Part shown: piece by piece, positions 19,901 through 24,733 of the stretch
Layout of the letters: every line of letters starts with the position of its first letter
Position numbering within the stretch: position 1 is the stretch's first letter
Source: Salipiger bermudensis
Lineage (GTDB): Archaea; Thermoplasmatota; Poseidoniia; Poseidoniales; Poseidoniaceae
Assembly: GCA_964227855.1 (NCBI GenBank)
Contig: CAXQWT010000116.1
Location: 1 to 55,010, forward strand
DNA length: 55,010 nt
Direction: 5' to 3'
Made by a program: the position numbers and the translations under genes
Notes under the pieces: generated by a model
The model's input: the letters and a program-made list of their open reading frames with translations, nothing else
Database searches by the model: none
What the model was told of the DNA's origin: nothing

Positions 19901-21119
19901 TGATCGCTGTCGACGAAGAACTACCGTATCCGTAGTTAACGTATTGCTTCCAGTTGACTTCTTCAACGGTAGCACCGCTTGGTAGAGCAGACGAACTAGT
20001 GAACGTATACTTGTGCCAAGGGATGTAATAGTACGAGCCGTAGTAACGGTAGAGGTAAGCGTAGGTGTTGTTGTAACAGTAACCCCAGTAGATGTAACAG
20101 TATCCACGGTTCCCGCTGGTGACCTTGATGGTTGGGTCGAGAGCGAGCGGGAATGCTCGGTCTTCGGACATCAACCAATCCGAATCAACGGCGGTTGTGA
20201 GGAGGACCATTGGGCCGTAAACTTGGATAAAGTACGTTCCGATGTATGGTTCCATTCCACCGTCTTCGAGAACAACTGGCTCAGGGATGGTGGCCAGGAG
20301 TTCACCGGATTCGATATGGCGGATTTCAAGTTCGCCTTGTGTCGTGGTGATTTCTTCTCCGAGAGCTACACCGTCGAGGAATAGGCCGTAATCCATTGGA
20401 AGACGGATGGTCTCTGTCATACCGAAGTACGCTGAGATTTCGTCGAGAACTGGGCGCTCTTGGATGAGAAGGTTCTGCTTGACTTGAGTCGTGTCGACGG
20501 AGTAGTCGAGAGCAAAGCCTTCTGCGAGTGGGTAACGAATCACGTTTCCACCGACTTCAACGTCACCAGTTGCTGGAGCAGCATTGTATGGCATTGGAGC
20601 GGTTCCTGTGATATCGATGGTTACGAGCATTGGATTCAATCCAGTGACGATAGGATCGACGTACTGGTTTGGTTGGATGCTCACACCGTTGGCAACTTCT
20701 GCGCCGAATGTGGTCGTGAAGACGTTCTCGTTCACTTCCCACCCTTCTGGCGTTGCCATGATGTTGAGGTTGATGTCCTCAAAGGCCCCACTGTCAGCAA
20801 GGTAGTGCATTGGCTCATCACTTGTGAGCTGTGCAATCTTGCCATCCTCAGTGAGGAATCCCTTTGTGTTCGCCTGCCTCATACCCAGGAGTTCCTGAGT
20901 GGCATCGTACTCATAGGTTGTTTGTTCGATGGTCGCTGGCAACTTGAAGAAATCGTCAACTTCTGTGACGATCTCTGCATTGCTGACAGTATCGGTTGCT
21001 GTGTTGTCTACTAGGCTTGTCATTGGCATGAAGGCCATCAAAGCACATAGTAGAACGGCAATTCCGATTCCACCCATTGCGGTTTTCTTTTTCTTATTCT
21101 TGTTTCCCAACATAGTCAT
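7458..21119 (-). CDS. Giant (4,553 aa) secreted/anchored adhesin-like surface protein
   Basis: A single uninterrupted 13,662-nt ORF. The N-terminus is Lys-rich followed by a hydrophobic signal/anchor (NKNKKKKTAMGGIGIAVLLCALMAF). The sequence is rich in Thr/Ser/Gly/Asn/Asp/Tyr with many N-x-S/T sequons. It contains parallel beta-helix-like stretches (for example ITVEDNYFNG...IDNNEIIG...VSNNSLLDADGGIYME). A P-domain/PPC-like module carries DTWGDGG. Cadherin/VCBS-like junctions are present (VNDAPVV, NINDKPVI). A GGGGTGA SD lies just upstream, so the second ATG at 21113 may be the true start. Confidence 0.85.
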   Translation of the reverse strand: MTMLGNKNKKKKTAMGGIGIAVLLCALMAFMPMTSLVDNTATDTVSNAEIVTEVDDFFKLPATIEQTTYEYDATQELLGMRQANTKGFLTEDGKIAQLTSDEPMHYLADSGAFEDINLNIMATPEGWEVNENVFTTTFGAEVANGVSIQPNQYVDPIVTGLNPMLVTIDITGTAPMPYNAAPATGDVEVGGNVIRYPLAEGFALDYSVDTTQVKQNLLIQERPVLDEISAYFGMTETIRLPMDYGLFLDGVALGEEITTTQGELEIRHIESGELLATIPEPVVLEDGGMEPYIGTYFIQVYGPMVLLTTAVDSDWLMSEDRAFPLALDPTIKVTSGNRGYCYIYWGYCYNNTYAYLYRYYGSYYYIPWHKYTFTSSSALPSGATVEEVNWKQYVNYGYGSSSSTAITATVLEACGTDARYNYGISSASCSGAISANLLSGSNSNTNERKLISSIGNSAAAGTYSQGTGWKTAEICDNNNAQGTACSSSTGSHNYIINAQSNSGTVGMGARMTSSIYIYTRSYNSGGSNSYLEVIYSGGSDTDAPTSSHVPYSGLTSYVEGERTFFTKLTDLSGIDTTSTNGVKLFYSINNATWTSVSATTVQSCSTTSTDCRFKATTPDISAGDYVEYYWKFQDLNTGGSGANVGYDPTPPASATNPTTWVQTAGNANWFFVDDVTNAGTAKKFTVLQTDVHSGSYYNPQGYHDRQMTYYDHSDEYLFEWDVSNCGTGSYSCFYSSSYYFYSQWKMQWTTSPSSGYNGYGGTRSGMMEMHQGDGGFLAISAKNGPQMNLIYHYDSTGNNWGMVGIGDSTPEIETGKLAGGSTATQVSTYGYTAAYNIPLAGLDITGTFGKFDWNGTYSTSKANWLCAGTNGFYYFYRSTSTNARCSSGYYYAYSTSYRWSGFALSAGYYGRMASSGSTTYKVGNVAPTPDTSAPTMDHGQMRDSHSKSRTFTYTISDAGDPPSGLNVNNTIGEGPTLYYSVNNGSYTAVKLNPAGNKQRTDCVDAECDWSVELSNFERGDYITYYATSVDTSTASSGTNAKTTTANSFEVGDPNMMLIVEWRDMGYNTQYLCDYQVIFYDVTNEIEFKYDSSCNAYYDYATVGYMDHTRTKGDTMRNPGGGYMAGNNPHTTNFRISTDGNDHGYETFSTGIKSVTNAAEVISGTSNGRPTGYYCAYSYYWNQYKTGCNANIDLPSGFKFDYFQKSFDGDDSNDRLRIGRLGYLYMIDSGSTALERGITTWGTNMPALPYSSNSAARPGTIAPWWSYYGSYYCYDNTNTDCGVYVRAMPFEGKGTDIDSDLDCSGNNIECIWDNEGSPYRISPNGDFLSVTGGDLTIEPGTVIQVAQGKGISVDGSCDSVTASGNASHHILFEGQNGAEWKGLSFTDDCTTTGGTDNRHVFSYVDFNNTSTAAISAGSRHGDYNAYCADSSGGTRPCYSNSNVGNFTLSHVTFTNVETAIRHGSGQGTGITMNDFSISGADKACINLPSSANAMFKEGTMTNCNTDGESWAGAIVNYPGSTGGMLHVENVTIENAYVNLIDTDLQHVTVSNVTATVTSGTAQSGTVFSSDFGVSSEVKLFNFDADDYSSASINALGHINMTEVDWGSADLTIAPGGSSSTANGPSGDHAIMNDVTTGDMLIYRMQPSIFADVTAGHIDFSGNAITTDAMVVTNLDSGRFGVAGCGWIIDATTIDSDRLYSSCSSSAAPNTMIFDGGSLTHTSSTDHAVYARNSKMTLGNIGITSSNAGNGVYLAYGSSNADIRLIEVDQNGNDCADSNGDTGDCDVYNSGSAVTYFGGLAELRAYRLEAVNVNGVTEIWEVNKSGHVVSASVVNSAGSELFEVGSHITDGAGEADVWVITGDSNGNTYSDHNLRAFGPAGQNETTTVDAWYPTSGFTISSSFAMLLEPAPVDFNGTNMDCTWLANWVDADTGAGLPTNGTTPAGHTIYEFDGTPMTLTEDLNLNGCVIKLMGAVLKVKSTATSTPVLTLSNGGKLLVGKSSVATGALQAVSSTYPLHIDVQDGILEVDGGTVRDVAQDSTTGAALYIGDGATLVMKNSGTIYGSSATSDEMATVKIDGGSANIDSSSIINVGNTGTALWVEQASGAYSNIAVSNAAVGIQSYNGAPQIDGFTSTDNTVGVDVYGGMSLPTIYRSTSLSGQSTGWHTYAVDLTAFLGSGDYLQVGANSIYGGGNAHPTYNYASSKYYMLTDRWNIEITYDDGSGEVSENISTPDKLGYYPYSSSDPKSGNGAATYAGGEGGVASWHCNDYGYSWGPGYTGSFDGYLYYIWRYWSQGPQQYVSYPGYYYYPDQFGFRWGEISEDTNPSYGSYPYHYWGYYYNSYHGGQGVYKPPEGYVGYGGYYNICLDYAYSYYMNPGQGARMTFPIVDISDSSITGVTMYVDVLHNRADNYQDRLDLVARVGNDPSSLGDYLRDSGTASFENGAITGAETGIAIGGNFASGNFDGIDITSPTDQGIEVVGATAASMNDVAVDGGDYGMLVSSSGSGQMDMTNIDFDGQNNAGIYYVKDFGGDLSGTITNSAGAAYKYGPQTVKDVSFNSVTVSGNNVGIETAGSGDITVSDSTFANTLSDVKITGTSEVDFIEGTVDPTKVDVTGTGGFERMRELTINLQADSNAVADTNVVLMNVNKKITGASTTDSNGDAEGILFRTIRVDSTGTTNDDLAGYEAVTVAKIDYTSTKGDFRYAFQTLSLNDASGNTGSITLTDRIDARVCYSWSSTSYEMVSNCAGYLSTGGSRDLSDGNGGTYKEYGYYAATPGDMSGKTIMMDIPFFYFDDNDEHNWNNTLVLVTGSYTFSDTQRWYAASGSNAPELYMHNSEVYGVGTNPDTGQQTGLELGYVYDAMAISIKDTTLNPVATIASGMAYKSSWNNYDHESHFFQMENVTVTHFKGYTPLNNAIQSTDVCTYITGTDGSYIKDSTFNDCGVGVYLVRSPYAYTHNANEFGADNFTIEGNEFLDGGEIGDIWVGSNGYADDLLVTGNWFNSTSSEEGFQAYSGQNKRITVEDNYFNGPQTAIQMYGVQAYKIDNNEIIGTAEDGEAGIEVDAGYGVVSNNSLLDADGGIYMEDATSPPAPTTSLCTIASNAYRTSSTCTFTVPSGVTVYVDLESDSWGGEIGLEITKPDGTKDNWAAGSFNSNTLYARLTSYTTSGQYSLKVTDTWGDGGANIAVYYGTSAGGYSGPVVENNTIGISAGRTAPNAVGLDFNDCDKVTIQSRENAVTLGDNAMVTDGCDVSDVDSTFVGTGASSTIGISSLNSGDDLTLDGTSVAGYAYGVSVDSATLLLTGDADIAGTTAGVYADSATVTAIGASVDGGTTGTGLYMVDGDYSWIYPLDAAGDVGVYAENTEFRWDGGTSTATTAIHAVESVGSVENLTWSAATTQINAGSNAYVTSIGNTLDNQKISIVSSATIDEANLFSLDATHLTGAATAVGMTLVSTDGTRAAYVSPSFQPDIMAVDGDDSDWIGNTPLNPSDDAMPGMVSGDGTNDFYVTYSEGDAIYIGMTGEDLTNNDLLIYLDVVAGGSNTGYNLNGAHTLPVQADYLFWATSDSNMDLYSNGFLGWGASSLSTDAVDADLGTTTAGFFEIAIPFSRIGGTPDAVNIVAVVQDSSANIQTVHPTQTVTTGVQTLGEYISIETTHDDLESGTISDEVLVYRTYKGTTTAGPAKDYDVMIKTKADCAYDWATVDAVSMATNQELTVDIKRACPEIQATLADDAVDEDSGAYTFSLTNLADDVQDDEATLTWTVTEGTTVAHSNVLVDWNKNGHTVTITPLDDQFGTVEFEFIVTDSHGLTDTKNMTLTVNNINDKPVICNAERPDCMPVFVDDGAYTNIVPEGFGSVSKFLGDISNASKSYIRDMDNEQSPVRQVYTWGASVPTECIAFGVTVTANELTITENTGNELGGTCTVTLTLSDDGAENQDADEYTVDFSVSPVNDAPVVLDWDVATGAVVTAANGSTPVAPWSISLMEDDTNANNLTYDLSAVKYDIDHNAADLTWTVESTDQCTYENYFSTEIVGDNLVFTLVPDATTTANAWEIDYLNNNGIHQIGPSGSDFCQIRLVLKDTATAPSYVPNYDPAVMPIASYQQGVATQEIGVRVENVRELVADYYFDDVVGFDFLGINNVLTGTYVPVEVNVGAGGDQGPYTYDHMLAVTFHTSGGHGEAENVMYITPPEWGETITVSEYVYIVDNGNGDTPYIWVEMDVLTCLDAECDMSKSPAQRFQTDDPTSHINYGGGVVGDQWSKPGAYGDDGLKESQRRPLLQDSDWCNNVMFSNASAVGSDAGIPTTCNHANKPSEDFLSSGDKLPSVVQLGGGIGSVPSFAPSLVVVALAGFFVTALAMSSRREEEDEEEEDTRRIVEDEMAVSPVIATILMVAITVVLSGVIYVWASSLAETGKLGVPRVTFDIENKELGTADGYWAITVDQTEAELATAAVTVTVLYTNSDGVRTSYATLLSNTSNVYGFNPSNSDAFVTFVDKVENQGSFKESTFGIGDQIFVRTHAPDGQALTDATIRITYQPGPGEGSVIKTYQELEFNKIV

Positions 21120-21164
21120 TCACCCCATACGGACTGTATGCAAGTGCAACCACGTCCTCCACCA

Positions 21165-21170
21165 CTTATA
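21165..21170 (-). promoter_or_regulatory. Possible TATA box for the giant gene
   Basis: The minus strand reads ctccTATAAGtgg about 50 nt upstream of the start. This would give a ~25-nt leader containing the GGGGTGA SD. It is a weak call based on spacing only. Confidence 0.25.
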
Positions 21171-21356
21171 GGAGTTGGGGTGCAAAATCTTTGAATTCCG
21201 ATTTTCACAAAGGAAATGAAACGTTATACTGAGAGCGATTTTTCTATCTCAATGGTACAAACAATTTGTAAAATGAACATTTATTTTTATTTATGAAATT
21301 GAATAAACCTATTCACCAACGATCGAGAATTCTGATGGCTCGAACATGAAAGTAAT

Positions 21357-21420
21357 AAAAAAGGCCAGAGAGGGCGCCGGAACGCCCTCTCTGGCGGCTC
21401 CTGTACGTTCAAACGTACAG
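21357..21420 (-). terminator. Tandem hairpins plus U6 tract: intrinsic-terminator-like element after the 1,049-aa surface protein gene
   Basis: In the minus-strand transcript an 8-bp hairpin comes first (21401-21408/21413-21420). A perfect 13-bp GC-rich hairpin follows (21364-21376/21383-21395, 6-nt loop). One nt later comes UUUUUU (21357-21362). Confidence 0.5.
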
Positions 21421-21449
21421 ATTACGACAATTCAGTCGTTACTGGGAAA

Positions 21450-24400
21450 TCAGTAATCCCAGTCCTTGTCTTCGCCGTCGCCACCGCCTCGTGAGAGGAT
21501 GAAGGCTCCAGCGATGAAGGCTACAACGACTACGCCACCAATGGCGCCCCAGGTCCAACCTGGAAGTTCGCCACTCGCAGCATCGTCGCCGTCGGTATTG
21601 TCGTCGATGATCTCTCCGCCCTCGTTAGCCTTGTAGAAGGCTGCGTCAGCACCAGCATCGCCGGAAGACGATGCAGTTCCTGTGTTGCCAAGAGCATCCA
21701 CCGGTACAACAGCGAAGTACACAGTGTATTGTCCTGGAGCGGTACTCATCATGACATCAGCTGTCATTGTATCAGCGCTACCTGTGTTGACACAGGTTGT
21801 TGGCATGTTTGCTTCAGTGAAGGCTTCACGGTTCTTGTAGCAGACGTTCCATGAGGCGACGTCCGTAGCGCTTGCATCGCTTGAACTCCATGTCAGAGTC
21901 CACTTGTCGCCTGCTTCCGTAACGGAGACACCTGTTGCGGATGCCCCTTCAACTTCCTTATCGGCAACAACAGTTGCAGTGCCGACAGGCGTGCTGCAAA
22001 GTCCATCGTTGTTGCAGACTGCAACCTCGATGTCATAGGATGCACCGTGCGTGGTTGAGGAACCGCTGTAGGTGTATGTAACAACAGAACGATCCAAGTC
22101 GACTTCAAAGGCTACATCGTTCTCGTCAGTAATGCTGACAGAGATCTTGTCACCTGCGAGTGGCGTTCCCGAAAGTCCCCAGTTCATGGTGATGTCACCG
22201 CCCATACCAGCAGCAGCGTTGAAGCTGCCAATGTATGCGGATGGTGGATCCATTGCTTGGAGTGGCGCGTCAATGAGCAAGAATTTACCTGCAGGCAGTA
22301 CTGCACCATTGAGAACGGCAGAGAGAACGGACTTTGTTGAATCATCTTCACTGTTGGTTGCACCGTCAGCAAGAAGTTGTGTCAACAATGGGCTGTCACA
22401 GTTTGTAGTAAACCAAAGCGAAGAAGCACCGAGTCCAGAATCAAAGATCATGTCAATGCTCTGTTCAAGGACGTCGTTTGCTGCGTAGGTCGTTACAGGA
22501 GTGTATTCAACAATCGCAACTGGGCTGTATTCTCCGGAGAGCTCGCCGCCAGCGCCGTCAGGTAGTGTGATGCCTGAGCAGTCATCAGCAGCACCATCGT
22601 CAACGCTGATTGTGAACGCAGCCTTGCTGAAGTATGTCAAGGAATAATCCATCGTAATTCCACTGGTGGTTGAGTCGGATGCGACTCCGTCGTTCCAGAT
22701 TTCGATGATGATTTCTTCACTGACTTCACCGCCATGAGCATCGGTGATGGTCACAACAACCGGGAAGGTTGTTACGAAGTCTTGAATGACTGGTGTTGTG
22801 CATGTTCGTGCGACACCACCCATTCCGCCGCAACCTGCGAGTGGGACGCTTTCAGCGCCTCCAACCCAAGTGTAGGTGAGGCCATCGCCAGTAACGTCAT
22901 CTGCATCGAAGACTGAAACTTCGAACTCGAGCATGTTTTCCATACCGAGTTTGAGGTCGCCTTGAGTAACAAGGTCAAGTGAGGAGATAACAGGGAGGTT
23001 GTTGCGTACGTCCTTCTCCATGGATACGACGTTGTTACTTGGCTTCTGATCGGTGGTCTTTCCGCCCATGATCAATTCTGCTTCAATGGTATATGTTCCA
23101 ACATCGAATTCGACCATTGTACATGCGTGACCTTGGTCGAACGCCATTGGTCCCGTACCAAGCAGTGCGTAGTTGTAGGATGGCTCGACTCCTTGAAGAC
23201 ATTCGTTTTCAAGAGCTGTTGTAACCTCACCAGTATCTGTGTTGGTGATTGTAAAGGAGACGTTCCAATCGTACAACTCAGTTGCTGAAGAACCGCGGTG
23301 TTCAACGGATGCGTCAATGTAAGAGGTACCGACAGAAAGGTCGCCTGGTTCACCTGCACCGACGGTGAAGGTTGCGATTCCTGTACCATCGCTGTTGTAT
23401 CCTTGGTTAACAGTCAACATCGAAATGCGGATGTCGTGGAACGTGCTGAGTGTTCCAGTGATCTCGTCTGCGTTGTTACTTGTAATATCGTCCTTGTTGA
23501 AGGATTCTTCACAGAAATTCGCATAAATTTCTTCTGTCGTTGTTGGATTTCCTTCTTCGTCCGTCGAGTTGACGACAACGGTGTCAATACAGGATTCGAA
23601 TTGACCGTAAAGGGAGTAACCGCCAATGGCTACGTCGACGCTGTAAGCAGCCTCTGTGTTGCTTGTGTCAGGTAGGACTGAACCGGAGTAAGTCCATACA
23701 CCGTTGCTGATGTCATCGGACATAATCGTTCGAATTTCAGTAATGTTGTCGGTTGGATCCGATTCGTTCTGGTAGACCATAACAACTTGGTCAGTTCCAA
23801 CGTTGACGGAGTGAACGAGGGAGCCTGCTGAAGCAGCGAGAAGATCAGTACCGTCGTTCGCAGTTGCCTGGGAGACATCGCCGTTGACGTCAAGTTCCAT
23901 GGTCAAGTTGTGTGTGATGAAATCGGACGAACCGTTCAATGTAACACTGACTGTGAAGGCCTTTGCACCTTCGCCTGTTGCGACAACAGAGCCGTCATCC
24001 CAAGCGATGTCGATTTCGATGTCGAGGTAGTCGACGACTTCGACGTACACTTGTTGAACGTCGTTACCTGGATCAACGTCTTGGTCAGAGTAGGTCTCGA
24101 TTTGAATGACGTAGATACCTGCTGAAGGCGTCCATGTAGCATCGCCACCACCATACTGAATGGTCGTCTTGCCACCCTTGAACACTGCGCCTGCAGCGAG
24201 AGTTTGATCGTCACATACGCTCGCGTCATCACAGATAACGTCAGGGTTGTTGAATTCAAGGTCTGCACCGGAACTGTCCTTTGCAAGCATCAACGGGTTT
24301 CCGTTACCGTCAGCAATCCAAACTTGGGCTTTGTAGCCGAGTTCAGTGATTGGCTGATCTCCGGAGTTCTGAATGAAGACTTCGAAGGTCGTATCTTGAC

Positions 24401-24599
24401 CAACGAAGAGTTCGTTACGGCACTCTGGGTTGCACTGGGTTTCTTTCGGTGAAGTAATAGCAACAAGTTCTGCATCAGCACCGTTACGGGCACCAGCGTC
24501 CTCAATTACTTCGGTTGTTTCTAATTGTGTGATGTCGATGTTCGCCATTAGGCTAGCTACCAACAACAGCACGAGCATTACAGGGGTAATTTTTCTCAT
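21450..24599 (-). CDS. Large (1,049 aa) surface protein with Sec-type signal peptide, Ig-like/CARDB-like/PKD-like repeats and a C-terminal TM anchor
   Basis: The N-terminus (MRKITPVMLVLLLVASLMAN) looks like a signal peptide. A CARDB-like motif (FEVFIQNSGDQPITEL) and a PKD-like motif (VSVFDADDVTGDGLTYTWVGG, nt ~22861-22915) are present. The C-terminal anchor is WGAIGGVVVVAFIAGAFILSRGGG followed by a short acidic tail. Confidence 0.85.
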   Translation of the reverse strand: MRKITPVMLVLLLVASLMANIDITQLETTEVIEDAGARNGADAELVAITSPKETQCNPECRNELFVGQDTTFEVFIQNSGDQPITELGYKAQVWIADGNGNPLMLAKDSSGADLEFNNPDVICDDASVCDDQTLAAGAVFKGGKTTIQYGGGDATWTPSAGIYVIQIETYSDQDVDPGNDVQQVYVEVVDYLDIEIDIAWDDGSVVATGEGAKAFTVSVTLNGSSDFITHNLTMELDVNGDVSQATANDGTDLLAASAGSLVHSVNVGTDQVVMVYQNESDPTDNITEIRTIMSDDISNGVWTYSGSVLPDTSNTEAAYSVDVAIGGYSLYGQFESCIDTVVVNSTDEEGNPTTTEEIYANFCEESFNKDDITSNNADEITGTLSTFHDIRISMLTVNQGYNSDGTGIATFTVGAGEPGDLSVGTSYIDASVEHRGSSATELYDWNVSFTITNTDTGEVTTALENECLQGVEPSYNYALLGTGPMAFDQGHACTMVEFDVGTYTIEAELIMGGKTTDQKPSNNVVSMEKDVRNNLPVISSLDLVTQGDLKLGMENMLEFEVSVFDADDVTGDGLTYTWVGGAESVPLAGCGGMGGVARTCTTPVIQDFVTTFPVVVTITDAHGGEVSEEIIIEIWNDGVASDSTTSGITMDYSLTYFSKAAFTISVDDGAADDCSGITLPDGAGGELSGEYSPVAIVEYTPVTTYAANDVLEQSIDMIFDSGLGASSLWFTTNCDSPLLTQLLADGATNSEDDSTKSVLSAVLNGAVLPAGKFLLIDAPLQAMDPPSAYIGSFNAAAGMGGDITMNWGLSGTPLAGDKISVSITDENDVAFEVDLDRSVVTYTYSGSSTTHGASYDIEVAVCNNDGLCSTPVGTATVVADKEVEGASATGVSVTEAGDKWTLTWSSSDASATDVASWNVCYKNREAFTEANMPTTCVNTGSADTMTADVMMSTAPGQYTVYFAVVPVDALGNTGTASSSGDAGADAAFYKANEGGEIIDDNTDGDDAASGELPGWTWGAIGGVVVVAFIAGAFILSRGGGDGEDKDWDY

Positions 24600-24605
24600 G
24601 TCATA

Positions 24606-24654
24606 TCCTCCAATAAGGGCGGTATCTCGCCCTACGCAAAATGACGTATATATA
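24606..24654 (-). promoter_or_regulatory. SD (GGAGGA) and TATA-like box (TATATATA) upstream of the 1,049-aa gene
   Basis: The minus strand carries GGAGGA at 24606-24611, 6 nt before the ATG at 24599. TATATATA lies at 24647-24654, about 50 nt upstream of the ATG, in the 134-nt gap after the permease gene. Confidence 0.4.
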
Positions 24655-24733
24655 CTATGGGTGCGAATATTATTGAAATCCCGTATAAAATTAAGAATCT
24701 ACGGAAACATTGTACTGCAAGCCCTGCCCCGTA

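Noticed and set aside
7485-21171. Dozens of 60-207-aa ORFs on the plus strand or in other minus frames inside the giant gene (for example 9318-9941 +, 20460-21014 +, 12252-12692 +, 14000-14467 -, 15257-15733 -).
   Set aside because: They lie entirely within and antisense or out of frame to a 13.7-kb ORF that has coherent domain content. Their translations are low-complexity or Cys/Arg/Val-rich shadow sequence without SD motifs. Long shadow ORFs are expected in a stop-poor coding region.
21216-21296. A 26-codon plus-strand sORF (MKRYTESDFSISMVQTICKMNIYFYL) in the AT-rich spacer upstream of the giant gene.
   Set aside because: It has no convincing SD, it is very short, and there is no way to test conservation here. 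It is noted only as a candidate should ribosome profiling data become available.
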